Positions 40,725-49,998 of a stretch of 64,000 nt of DNA are shown here, piece after piece. This stretch comes from Candidatus Latescibacterota bacterium. GTDB lineage: Bacteria; Latescibacterota; UBA2968; UBA8231. How positions within the stretch are numbered: position 1 is the first letter of the stretch; the number at the start of each line of letters is the position of its first letter. A program made the position numbers and the translations under genes. The DNA lies in assembly GCA_965248355.1 (NCBI GenBank), contig OZ252098.1, forward strand, positions 448,001-512,000, in the 5' to 3' direction. Under the pieces are notes generated by a model. The model was not told the DNA's origin. It was given only the letters and a program-made list of their open reading frames with translations, and searched no databases.

Positions 40725-41664
40725 GGGCGACCCTCCGCCGCAGGTAGAGGAGCAGGGCGAAGTCGTACGCGGCGTGCGCCGCCGCCGGCACCAGCAGGTT
40801 GCCGGACCACAGGTACAGGCCGCCGAGGTAGAGGCCGAAGAGGGTGGCGAGAACGGCGTAGTCGCGGCTCACGAAGTGGGCGGCGCCGAAGAGCGCGCCG
40901 GCGGCCAGCCAGCCGGCTCCGGCGCCGGCGGCGGAGCCCAGGGCGGACTGCAGAACGCCGCGAAAGAGGGCCTCCTCGCCGAGGCCGGCCAGGGCCGAGA
41001 GCAGGGCCAGGCGGGCCGGGGAGCCGGCGAGCAGCGGCTTCAGGACGTCCTCGACGGTCTCGGCCAGCCGCCGCGCCCGGGGGACCTCCCTGTGGACGGC
41101 GACGATCACTACCAGGGCCAGGGGCAGGGCCGCCGCCAACCCCCACGCGGCGTCCTCCACGGAGAGACGCAGGCCCCGCAGCGGCGGCGCCCCGAGCAGC
41201 GGACCGACCCCGAGGGCCAGCAGCAGGACAGCCCCCTGCAGGCCGGCGGCGGCGAGGAACATCCCCCCCGGAGAGACCGTACCGGCCTCCGGGGCCGGTG
41301 TCCGCGCTCCGCGGCGGCGCCGGACGGCCCCGTACACGACCGCGTTGAACAGCAGCAGGGCCATGGCCAGCAGCAGCTGATCGGGTCGCGTCAGCGAGCC
41401 GGGATAGAGAATGGGGATCAGGTAGTGCTCGACGAAGCCGCCGGCGTAGGCCGTCTGCCCCGCGGCCAGGCGCAGGTGCCGCTCCAGTGGCGTCAGAGGG
41501 CAGACCCAGCCGGCCGCCTCCACGGCCACCGCCCAGGCCAGGGCGGGCACGTGGAGCCAGGCGATCCGGGGCCGCTTCATCGCCGCCAGCCCGCCGAGGA
41601 GGGCGAAGAGGATGAAGCCCGAATGGAGCAGGACGACCAGGTCGGCCAGCAGCCGGTAGAGCAT
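40714..41664 (-). CDS. DUF2784-like domain fused to a CPBP (CAAX/Abi) intramembrane metalloprotease
   Basis: N-half MLYRLLADLVVLLH...WLHVPA..W...CPLTPLE..LR..AG...GFVEHY. C-half GEEALFRG, FGAAH, AHAAYD. Confidence 0.8.
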   Translation of the reverse strand: MLYRLLADLVVLLHSGFILFALLGGLAAMKRPRIAWLHVPALAWAVAVEAAGWVCPLTPLERHLRLAAGQTAYAGGFVEHYLIPILYPGSLTRPDQLLLAMALLLFNAVVYGAVRRRRGARTPAPEAGTVSPGGMFLAAAGLQGAVLLLALGVGPLLGAPPLRGLRLSVEDAAWGLAAALPLALVVIVAVHREVPRARRLAETVEDVLKPLLAGSPARLALLSALAGLGEEALFRGVLQSALGSAAGAGAGWLAAGALFGAAHFVSRDYAVLATLFGLYLGGLYLWSGNLLVPAAAHAAYDFALLLYLRRRVALRA

Positions 41665-41880
41665 GGCGGCAAGGGTGGGCGCCCCGGCGCCGCCCCGCAA
41701 GGCCGCGGGCGCCTCTGCGTCTGGCTCAGCCCGAGGCCGGCTCCCTACCTTGTTCCGGGAACCTGATCCGGAGCGCGTCCATGCCCGGCATCCCGCTGAC
41801 GGACTGACTCGTCATCGTCTCTACTGGATCTTCCAGCCGCCGGAACCGTCCTCACCCCCATCCCATCCGAGATCTCACCC

Positions 41881-43029
41881 ATGTCGCAAGACCCGAAGTA
41901 CCGCGTCGCCCTCATCGGCGGCGGCAGGGCCGGGCCCTCGAGGGCCCGCGCCTTCGATGCCCATCCCCTGTGCGCCGTGGTGGCCGTGGCCGACACCGAC
42001 CCGGAGAACCTGGAGTTGACGTCGCGGCGGTTCGGGGCCGCCCCCTACGCCACCTGGGACGAGATGTTCGCCAGGGAGCAGCTCGACATCGTCCTGCCCA
42101 TCCTGCCGGTGCGTCCCAACGCCGACGCCGTGGTGGCCGCCGCCGAGGCCGGCGTCAAGGCGATCTTCTGCGAGAAGCCGCTCACCGCCTCCCTGGCCGA
42201 CGCGGACCGCATGGTGGAGGCCTGCGCCAGCCGCGGAATCCCCCTCGGGGCGGGGGTGATGGTCTCCTCCCATCCCGACTACCGGAGGGCCTACGGCCTG
42301 GCCTCCGGCGGCACGATCGGCCCCGTCAACCGCATCAACCTCTACGGCAGCAACAACCAGGGCGGCTGCCACGGCCTCAACCTGACCCGCAAGTTCGCCG
42401 GCAAGGCGGCGGTGGAGCAGGTCGTGGGCCGCGTCTCCGAAGACCCGCACAGCGACCATGAGCACGCCTACGACGAGGCCCGCACCGGGTTCGGCGACCT
42501 GGGCGGCTGGGTGCGCTTCGCCAACGGGGTCGAGGCCTTCCTCGGCGTGGGCGGGGTCATGAGCGGCATCGAGGTCATCGGAACCCGGGGCCTGATCCTG
42601 AACCGGAACAACACGGGACTCGGCCTGCAGCTGCGCCTGGCTCCGGAGAGGCTGGAGCGGATCGGGCTCGTCGACATGGAGACGGTGGAGGCCGGTTTCG
42701 AGACGAAGTCCTTCACGGACCGGGGATACGACGAGGCGGGCTGGGTGGATCCCGGCGACGTCATGCGCGCCATCGTCGACGACTTCATCCGCGTCCTCGA
42801 GGGGGGAGGGGAGTTGGAGATCACCACGGGGGACGACCTGCGTCACGCCCTCGAGATAGCCATCGCCCTGCGCGAGTCCCACCGGCGCGGCCAGGTGCCC
42901 GTCACCCTGCCCCTCGAGGACCGGTCCCTGACGATGTACCCGCAACGGACGCGCTGGCACTACAAGAAGACGATCCTGGGCCGGGAAGCCTACATGGCCC
43001 AGCTGGCTCAGCAGAAACGGGAGGGGTGA
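41881..43029 (+). CDS. Gfo/Idh/MocA family oxidoreductase
   Basis: YRVALIGGGRAG, IFCEKPL, ALEIAIALRESH. Confidence 0.88.
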   Translation: MSQDPKYRVALIGGGRAGPSRARAFDAHPLCAVVAVADTDPENLELTSRRFGAAPYATWDEMFAREQLDIVLPILPVRPNADAVVAAAEAGVKAIFCEKPLTASLADADRMVEACASRGIPLGAGVMVSSHPDYRRAYGLASGGTIGPVNRINLYGSNNQGGCHGLNLTRKFAGKAAVEQVVGRVSEDPHSDHEHAYDEARTGFGDLGGWVRFANGVEAFLGVGGVMSGIEVIGTRGLILNRNNTGLGLQLRLAPERLERIGLVDMETVEAGFETKSFTDRGYDEAGWVDPGDVMRAIVDDFIRVLEGGGELEITTGDDLRHALEIAIALRESHRRGQVPVTLPLEDRSLTMYPQRTRWHYKKTILGREAYMAQLAQQKREG

Positions 43030-43039
43030 GGAGGCCGGA

Positions 43040-43078
43040 TCCCGAGTACCGGGAGGCGCCGCTCCCGCGGTCTCGGGA
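43040..43078. terminator. Hairpin between convergent genes
   Basis: TCCCGAG-t-ACC-GGGAG...CTCCC-gc-GGT-CTCGGGA lies between the stops at 43029 and 43088. Confidence 0.5.
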
Positions 43079-43087
43079 GGTCTCGGT

Positions 43088-45025
43088 TCATTCCAGGAGT
43101 CGGACGCCGCGGATCTTGAGCGCCGCGTAGCGGTGCGTTCGCGGCGAGCGTCCCGCGAGCAGGACGAACCTGCTGTCGGCGAGCAGCCCCGTGTAGAAGT
43201 ACCCCGCCCTGCGCAGGGAGGCCGGCAGAGGGGCCTCCACCCGGAAGTCGCCGGTTCCCTCGACCGGGAAGACCTCTCCGGGCGCGTCGTTGAACTCCAC
43301 CTGGATCGACGTGGGCGCCGCCGGAGCCCGCGGATCGACGGCGACCTCGAACCGGACGCGCCGCTTGGCGCCGTCGTTGTACAGGAGGAAGGTGGAGCGG
43401 CGGTCGAACCAGAGACCGGTGCCGTCCGCCCGGGAGGGGTCTTGGCTGCAGCCCCGGATGATCTGTCCGAGTGCGGCCTGCCCGGGCCTGGTGAAGTCCA
43501 GGTCGGCGGAAAACCGGTCGAGGTCCTCCTCGTCCCCGAAGGGGCCGAACCGGCTCACCGTCGCTCCGGCCATGGGGAAGTACTGCGCGGGGAGCCTGTG
43601 ATTCCGCGGTCTCCGGGGGGTGACGTACCCCAGCGAGCGAAGCTCCCTGAGCTTCTCCGCGGTCCGGTCGGCCTCGGACCGCTGCCGGGCGTTGAAGATG
43701 TCCAGATTCCTGTTGTAGTGCTGTCTCAGTTCCCCGTAGAGCCTGGCAGCCACGTCGGCTTCGGTCTCGAACAGGTTCCGGGTCTCCCCGGGATCTCGGT
43801 CCAGGTCGTAGAGCTCCTTGGAGTCCCGCAGCCTGTCGAGGATCAGCTTCCACCTCCCGTCCTGCAGTGTCTGGATCAGCGTGCTCACAGGCCGGTTGGC
43901 GAAGAAGGTGCCCTCCGAGTAGATGGCCCGGGCGTCCTCCGGGCCTGCGGGGAGCTCGGCCCTGGAGAAGGGCCACAGAGACCGGCCCTGGACCTGTTCC
44001 GGCGCCGGAATCCCCGCTTGCGCCAGAAGGGTGGGGAGCACGTCGATGAGGCTCACGGGCCTGGAGATCCTGCGGCCGCTCCCGTCCTCGCGGGGGTCGA
44101 AGATGACGAGGGGGACGTGCAGGCCCGCATCGTAGCCGGAGTTGGCGTGTCCGAAGAACCCATGCTCCAGCAGTTGCTCGCCATGGTCGGACGTGACCAC
44201 GACCACGGTGGTGCGGTCCAGTCCGTTCTCGGCCAGGGCCTTCAGGATCGCCCCCACCGCCTCGTCCCAGTAGGCGATGGAGGAGTCGTACAGGTCCGAA
44301 TAATCCTCGAAGTAGCGGGCGACTTCGCCCTGGTGTCCCGGTTCGTCCCGCCAGTTCTGCACCGCGGACCACCAGGCCCGCATCACCATGGTCTCCAGGA
44401 GCAGGGAGTCCTGCATGTCGAAGGCGAAGGTGGCCGGATCGGCCAACCTGTGGAAATCGGCAGGGGGAATTCGGTGCGGGTCGTGGACGTCGAGGAAGTG
44501 CACGTACGCCAGGAAGGGGTGGTCCCCAGCCGCGGATTGCCTGCCGATGAATTCCCTGGCAGCCTCGGCCAGTTCGAAGGCCGAAGCCCTGTTCTTCTCG
44601 AAGTGCTCGTAGAATCCCTGATCCATCCGGTACTTCCGGCCCGCGAGCCCGTTGGCGATGAAGGCCGCCGTCGTGTACCCGGCGTCGCCGAAGATCTCGG
44701 CCATGGTCAGGTTGGCGTCCTCCAGCACATAGTCCGAGTTCACGTACCCGTGGGCGAGGGGGTATTGGCCGGTGAACAGGGAGGCGGTGGAGGCCTGGGT
44801 GTAGTCGGAAGGGGCGTAGCAGCGCGTGAAGAGGGTTCCCCTTGCGGCCAGGCGGTCGACGACCGAGCTGGTGGCCCTTCCATATCCGTAGCACCCGAGC
44901 CGGTCCGCCCTCAGTGTGTCCATGAGGAGGACCAGGATGTTCGGCCTCGGGGCCTGCGGCGCGGTGCAGGCGGTCAGGACGGCCAGGCCGGAAGCAGCGG
45001 CGACGAGGAGTCTAGGGAGGATCAA
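43088..45025 (-). CDS. Sulfatase-like (alkaline phosphatase superfamily) lipoprotein with Thr at the nucleophile position
   Basis: Lipobox LTAC, PNILVLLMDTLRAD, SDYTQASTASLFTG in place of CxPxR, DVHDPH, TSDHGE, LRSLGYV. TTG start. Confidence 0.82.
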   Translation of the reverse strand: MILPRLLVAAASGLAVLTACTAPQAPRPNILVLLMDTLRADRLGCYGYGRATSSVVDRLAARGTLFTRCYAPSDYTQASTASLFTGQYPLAHGYVNSDYVLEDANLTMAEIFGDAGYTTAAFIANGLAGRKYRMDQGFYEHFEKNRASAFELAEAAREFIGRQSAAGDHPFLAYVHFLDVHDPHRIPPADFHRLADPATFAFDMQDSLLLETMVMRAWWSAVQNWRDEPGHQGEVARYFEDYSDLYDSSIAYWDEAVGAILKALAENGLDRTTVVVVTSDHGEQLLEHGFFGHANSGYDAGLHVPLVIFDPREDGSGRRISRPVSLIDVLPTLLAQAGIPAPEQVQGRSLWPFSRAELPAGPEDARAIYSEGTFFANRPVSTLIQTLQDGRWKLILDRLRDSKELYDLDRDPGETRNLFETEADVAARLYGELRQHYNRNLDIFNARQRSEADRTAEKLRELRSLGYVTPRRPRNHRLPAQYFPMAGATVSRFGPFGDEEDLDRFSADLDFTRPGQAALGQIIRGCSQDPSRADGTGLWFDRRSTFLLYNDGAKRRVRFEVAVDPRAPAAPTSIQVEFNDAPGEVFPVEGTGDFRVEAPLPASLRRAGYFYTGLLADSRFVLLAGRSPRTHRYAALKIRGVRLLE

Positions 45026-45296
45026 GGGGTCAGGGCGGAACTGCCAGGGACGAGGGGTCCTGCCGCGCCGGCCAGGGGGTTTCGCGTGCCTTTGGGTTGC
45101 CGCTTGAGGACGTGTCGAGCCACGGGGTTCACCCGTTCTGCCGGACGTAGCATCAACCGGGTATCTTAATCAAGGTGTGTCCCGAGGTCATCCGTTTCCG
45201 CGGACCGGCGTCATGGACCTGGGCTGAGGCAGGGCCATGGGGAGGAGCGGGGCAACGGCGTAGGTTCCCCGTTTTGGAGAAGGAGGTCACGAGAGC

Positions 45297-46856
45297 ATGG
45301 TCCGCCTGCCATGGGCCTGCATGTTGTTGATGGGGGCGGCGATCTGCGCTTGCGACTCCAGTCCGGCCAGCCGGCAGGAGCGTCTGCGGGCTCGCTATTC
45401 GCTGGCAGCCGCCCGTGCCGTGTCGATTCCGACGCTGCAGGCGGCGGTAGCCCGGGGACGGGCGACGGCGCACGAGCGCTGCGACCTGGCCGCGGCCCTG
45501 GCCGCCGGGGGGCGGTTGCGGTCCGCCCTGGATGTGCTGGAGGAGGCCCGCGAGCTCCATCCGGCGAGCGTGAGGGTTCTCTACAACCTCGGCCATCTGC
45601 AACGCCGGCTCGGCCGCCTGAACGAGGCCGTGGAAACCCTCACGGGGGCCGTGCGACTGGAGCCGGAATACGCGGATCTCCGTCTCAGCCTCTGTGGGGC
45701 GTACGCCCACCGGGCTCCAGCCGCCGCCGCCGGGTCGCCGGAGAGGGTGGTCCAGGCCGACCTGGACAGTGCCATCGCTCACTGCGGAGCGGCCGTCGGC
45801 CTTCTGCCCCGGGACCCGTTCTACCGTCACAACCTGGGGCGGGCCCTGTACCTGGCCGCCAGGTATGAAGAGGCGGCCGAGGCCTTCGGGGAGGCCCTGC
45901 GTCTCGACACCACCCGGCTGGACACCCGCCTGTACCTGGGGAAGTCACTGGTCGTCACCGGCCGGTTCGAACCGGCCAGTGAACACCTGAGCGGGGCCGT
46001 GGCGGGGGCGCCGAAGGACGCCGAGGGACACTACTTCAGGGGCCGGGCTTTCGAGGGGCTCGGTCGGGTTTCCGAGGCCGTTCGGGCTTACGAACGGGCG
46101 GTCGCCCTGAGGCCGGAATACGCCGACGCCCTCTACAGCCTCGGCCGCGTCCTCTACCGGGGAGGGCGGAAGGAGGAAGGGGACGGGGTGCTGGCCCGCT
46201 TCGAGGCCCTGGAGGCCCGGGGCGAGGCCGGACTGGCCGCTGCCCGGGCCGCGGTTCAGAGACAACCCCGGGACCTTCTCTCGCGCCGGGCCCTGGCAGC
46301 GCGGCTGATCGCTGGCGGGATGTTGTCGGAAGCTCGGGAACAGTTGATCGTAGCACGCGCCGTGGAGCCGGAGCACGCGGGAGTGCTGTTCGATCTCGGT
46401 CTGGTGCTTGCCCGCCAGCAGGACTGGCCGGGTTCGATCCGCGCCTTGCTCGAGGCGGTCCGGATCGAACCCGATTCGGCGGCCTACGGCGTGCGCCTGG
46501 CTCAGGCCTACGCCGGCGCCGGGATGACGGCGGAGGCCGCCCACACCCTGAGCCGAATCCTGGAGGCGCATCCATCGAACGACAAGGCCCGGCTGGAGAT
46601 GGCCCGAATCGAGGAGAGCCGGGGCCGCCTCGGGGAGGCGGAGAGCCTGCTGAAGGGCCTGTTGCGCGCTCCGATGGGAGAAGTCGATCTGGACGAGGTC
46701 CGGTTCCTCCTCGCCGTGATCCTCCTGCGCCGCGAGCGTCCGGCCGAGGCCAGGCCGCTCCTCGAAGAGATCGTGGCCAGCGATCCGGCCTTTCCCCGGG
46801 CGGCCGGGCTGCTGCGCGCCATCGAGCAGCGCCAGGAGGAGGGGACTGGACCCTGA
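45297..46856 (+). CDS. Tetratricopeptide repeat lipoprotein
   Basis: RBS AAGGAGG, lipobox-like ICAC, many YNLG/HNLG/YFRG/YSLG...A..L.P TPR units. Confidence 0.85.
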   Translation: MVRLPWACMLLMGAAICACDSSPASRQERLRARYSLAAARAVSIPTLQAAVARGRATAHERCDLAAALAAGGRLRSALDVLEEARELHPASVRVLYNLGHLQRRLGRLNEAVETLTGAVRLEPEYADLRLSLCGAYAHRAPAAAAGSPERVVQADLDSAIAHCGAAVGLLPRDPFYRHNLGRALYLAARYEEAAEAFGEALRLDTTRLDTRLYLGKSLVVTGRFEPASEHLSGAVAGAPKDAEGHYFRGRAFEGLGRVSEAVRAYERAVALRPEYADALYSLGRVLYRGGRKEEGDGVLARFEALEARGEAGLAAARAAVQRQPRDLLSRRALAARLIAGGMLSEAREQLIVARAVEPEHAGVLFDLGLVLARQQDWPGSIRALLEAVRIEPDSAAYGVRLAQAYAGAGMTAEAAHTLSRILEAHPSNDKARLEMARIEESRGRLGEAESLLKGLLRAPMGEVDLDEVRFLLAVILLRRERPAEARPLLEEIVASDPAFPRAAGLLRAIEQRQEEGTGP

Positions 46857-46959
46857 ATGCGGGGGTGCCGGTTGCGAGGGGCGTGGGTCGGCCTTCTTCC
46901 GCGCAGCGGAAAGGGTGAAGGGTTTCCGCTGTTTTCGAATCTTCTCCTGCGGACTTATC

Positions 46960-47014
46960 TATAATCCAGTCACCACGATATCCAGTCACACGTGGGTTCC
47001 CAGATACACGTGGG
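46960..47014 (+). repeat. TATAAT box followed by three imperfect tandem CCAG..ACACGTGGG units
   Basis: TATAAT at 46960-46965, ATCCAGTCAC at 46964 and 46980, ACACGTGGG at 46988 and 47006. Confidence 0.5.
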
Positions 47015-47048
47015 ACCTCACAAGCAGACAGAACAGGAGTGAGCACTC

Positions 47049-47672
47049 TTGGTGAGGTCTTCGGAACGACAGCCACCCCCAGGACGCCCTGCGCGCGCCG
47101 CCCGGGGCGGGGGCTTCGCAAGGACCGGTCCCGCATCCTCCGGGCGGGCGGCGGCCAGGGTTGTCGCCGGAGTCCTGGTCTCGGCGATGGCGGCCCTCCC
47201 CGGCTGCGGGGAACCCGAACGTCCGCTGCTGCATCCCACCGATCTTCTCGGACGCACTCCGGAGGCGCTCATGGACCGCCTGGGGGCCGCACAGATGCAC
47301 ATCGAGGAGACGCCGACGCGGATCGGCTTCCTGCGCTGGAACGACCTCGGCGGCATCCGGGTCCTCATCGCCTACAGTGACTCGACCAGCACCTACGTCA
47401 CCTACCGGTTTCCCGAGGAGGGGCCCTTCGAAGAGGAACAGGCCTTTCGCACCCTTGGACTGAGCCGGCCTTCCACGGCGGGCCGGCCCATGAAGGGGAG
47501 CCCGGCGCGGGTCTGGGATCCGGCCGGCGACCTCCCCCGTATTTCGGTCAACCCCTTTACGAGGCTGATCTCGGTGGGCCCTTTGCCGGACTGGGCCAAA
47601 CAGGGCATCCGCCACATGGAAGCCTCGGGGCCTCTGGACCTGTTGCGTCGTGAGTCCACGGAAGAGCCCTGA
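47049..47672 (+). CDS. Hypothetical lipoprotein
   Basis: Hydrophobic stretch ending in the lipobox LPGC. The start codon is uncertain. Confidence 0.55.
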   Translation: MVRSSERQPPPGRPARAARGGGFARTGPASSGRAAARVVAGVLVSAMAALPGCGEPERPLLHPTDLLGRTPEALMDRLGAAQMHIEETPTRIGFLRWNDLGGIRVLIAYSDSTSTYVTYRFPEEGPFEEEQAFRTLGLSRPSTAGRPMKGSPARVWDPAGDLPRISVNPFTRLISVGPLPDWAKQGIRHMEASGPLDLLRRESTEEP

Positions 47673-47681
47673 AAAAAACCC

Positions 47682-47711
47682 TTGACTTGCCGCTCATTCC
47701 TAGACCATAAT
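47682..47711 (+). promoter_or_regulatory. Sigma-70-type promoter with A-tract upstream
   Basis: AAAAAAA-ccc-TTGACT-18 nt-CATAAT, about 235 nt before the ATG at 47946. Confidence 0.65.
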
Positions 47712-47945
47712 ACGGCAAATTCCCGCTGGACCTCTGCCGGCCCGAGAGGGTTTCCCGCGAGGATCCAGGCCGGGGGCAAGGGCGCAGTTGGTCCCATGGA
47801 GAGACAGGCCACAGAGCGGCCCATTTCAGTGACCGGAAATCCGGAGGCCGGCTGGATCCCCAGACGGCCGGCCTTCAAGGTCACACCTCCCCCCTTGCAG
47901 CTGCCCTTCGAGCATCACATCCCATCTACTCAGGAGGAAGTTTCC

Positions 47946-49841
47946 ATGCGAGTCTCTCGGTTGCTCACCGCGGTGGGCCTGAGCGCCCTTCTCGCCGGTT
48001 CCGCCTTCGCCCAGACCACGAGATACGGGGACCCGGACTTCACTGTGGAGAGGGACTGGCGCAGCGGCATGCCCATCGTGCTGACCGCCAGCACCCAGGA
48101 CATGGGGTACGAGTTCGACGGCAATCCCCTGCAGATCCCCTTCACCATCGCCGGCACGCGGGCTACCGTCTACCTGGCGGTCTACACCAGCGGCGCCAAC
48201 CCGCAGTACGGCGGGGACCCCTTCGGAGTGGGCGGCATCGGCGGAGCCGCCCTGAGGACAGCGGGCATCGACACCCTGGTGTCCCTGTCCGCGGGGGAGT
48301 CCTTCAGCGCCGGATCCCACACCATCGCCTGGGACGGCAACGACTTCAACGGCAATGCCGTGGCCGCCGGCGACTACGACTTCTTCCTCATCGCCATCGA
48401 CGACGTCTCCAAGCCGACCTGGACCGGCCGCGGCTCCTATGTGTGGAGCAGCCGGGCCTACGACTTCCGCTTCGACCCACCCGTGGTGTGGAACACCAAC
48501 GGGCAGGGTTCCAATCCGGAGGACGGCACCAGCTACGAGCAGCGGCTCGAGCGGGGCCCCATGGGCGTCGATCTGATCGCCAACGGCGACGTGCCCACGG
48601 ACTTCCTGATGCCGTGGATGGTACCGCGGCTGAAGGAGCTCAACGCCGAGATGAACCCCGACCAGTGGGACCTGTCCTTCGTCGAGATCGACCCTCAGGA
48701 TCCGAACGTGGCGTACGTGGGCAACTACGGATGCTGCGCCGGCATGCCGGGCGGCTTCTGGAAGGTCAACATCGACCTCGACAACGTCTCCACGTCGCCG
48801 GAGGAGAGCTTTGCTGATCGCGGTCACATCGTCTGGGAGCAGCGCGTCGCCGACGCGGCGCTGATGGCCGAGCACACCAAGGAGTGGCTCAGCGACGACG
48901 GTCTGATCTACATGACCCACATGGACCGCGAGGAGCCCTTCACGCCCCAGATCGTGATGTTCGACCGGGCCACGGGCGACATCGCCAACGTCATGGACAT
49001 GACGGACCTGTACGTGCAGAACCGTCCGGACACCGACACGCCCGACGCCCCGTACGTGCCGGGGCCCTTCGGCATCGACGTGGACGACACGGGGATCTAC
49101 ACCAGCGCCTACTGGATGCAGGCGCCGCGGGCGTTCCCAACGAAGTACACCCAGGATGGCGACATCATCTGGCAGAACCAGAACGGCGACGGGTTCATCG
49201 ACCGCTACACGGGCGAAGAGGCCGAGGCCCTCGGTATCGTGGTCGTCGACCAGATGGTCAACACCGACATCAGCGTCACGCGCCACGGCATCTCGGTGGC
49301 CGGCGGCTACAACGACCCGGCCTGGGGCTACATCTTCGGTCCCGATGGTTCCGGTCTGCTGCGCTTGGATCTGCCTCACATGGGTCCCGATCTCGGTGGC
49401 GAGGTGGTCATCATCGACCGCGGCGGCGAGTACGACGGGTTGTATATCCCGGTTTGCTGCAACCGCGCCGTGCAGTGGCCCTTCGACATCGTCAAGGCCA
49501 GCATCTCCGAGGGCGTGACGATGGTGACCGAGGTCGACGCGGCCCTGCCCACGGCCTTTGAGGTGAGCGATGCGGCGCCCAATCCGTTCAACCCCGAGAC
49601 CAGCTTCCGGGTGTCGATTCCCGAGACTGGAAAGGACCTTCACGTCCACATCGCGGTATACAACACAGCCGGGCAGCAGGTGGCGGTACTGGCTGACGAG
49701 CCGATGCGTCCGGGAGTCTACCAGACCACCTGGGATGGCCGGGACATGAACGGTCGCAAGGTGTCGAGCGGGGTGTATCTCTACACCGTCCGCGCCGGAG
49801 CCGATTTTGTCGAGTCGAAACGGATGACCCTACTGAAGTAG
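47946..49841 (+). CDS. Secreted acidic protein with N- and C-terminal FlgD-Ig-like domains (T9SS type-A-like tail)
   Basis: RBS AGGAGG, signal peptide ending AFA-Q, GSHTIAWDGND.NG..V.AGDY, tail APNPFNPET...WDGRDMNG..VSSGVYLY...KRMTLLK. Confidence 0.85.
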   Translation: MRVSRLLTAVGLSALLAGSAFAQTTRYGDPDFTVERDWRSGMPIVLTASTQDMGYEFDGNPLQIPFTIAGTRATVYLAVYTSGANPQYGGDPFGVGGIGGAALRTAGIDTLVSLSAGESFSAGSHTIAWDGNDFNGNAVAAGDYDFFLIAIDDVSKPTWTGRGSYVWSSRAYDFRFDPPVVWNTNGQGSNPEDGTSYEQRLERGPMGVDLIANGDVPTDFLMPWMVPRLKELNAEMNPDQWDLSFVEIDPQDPNVAYVGNYGCCAGMPGGFWKVNIDLDNVSTSPEESFADRGHIVWEQRVADAALMAEHTKEWLSDDGLIYMTHMDREEPFTPQIVMFDRATGDIANVMDMTDLYVQNRPDTDTPDAPYVPGPFGIDVDDTGIYTSAYWMQAPRAFPTKYTQDGDIIWQNQNGDGFIDRYTGEEAEALGIVVVDQMVNTDISVTRHGISVAGGYNDPAWGYIFGPDGSGLLRLDLPHMGPDLGGEVVIIDRGGEYDGLYIPVCCNRAVQWPFDIVKASISEGVTMVTEVDAALPTAFEVSDAAPNPFNPETSFRVSIPETGKDLHVHIAVYNTAGQQVAVLADEPMRPGVYQTTWDGRDMNGRKVSSGVYLYTVRAGADFVESKRMTLLK

Positions 49842-49872
49842 CCCTGGTCCACAGGTGGTCCAGAGAAGAAAG

Positions 49873-49918
49873 GTCAGGTAGGTCCCACAGATGCGGTCTG
49901 GACCTACCTGACTTTTTT
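49873..49918 (+). terminator. Rho-independent terminator
   Basis: 13-bp perfect stem GTCAGGTAGGTCC/GGACCTACCTGAC followed by TTTTTT. Confidence 0.9.
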
Positions 49919-49998
49919 GCTTCCCCGGGCAACTCCGGGGGGCCAGGTGCGGGAGGACGATCCCGCTGCTTCGCAGATCATCAAAGGGGGAGGGGGAC

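Noticed and set aside
47712-47945. Known riboswitch (cobalamin, TPP, c-di-GMP) in the long leader
   Set aside because: I could not find the conserved cores of these families by eye. It is kept only as an unassigned structured leader.
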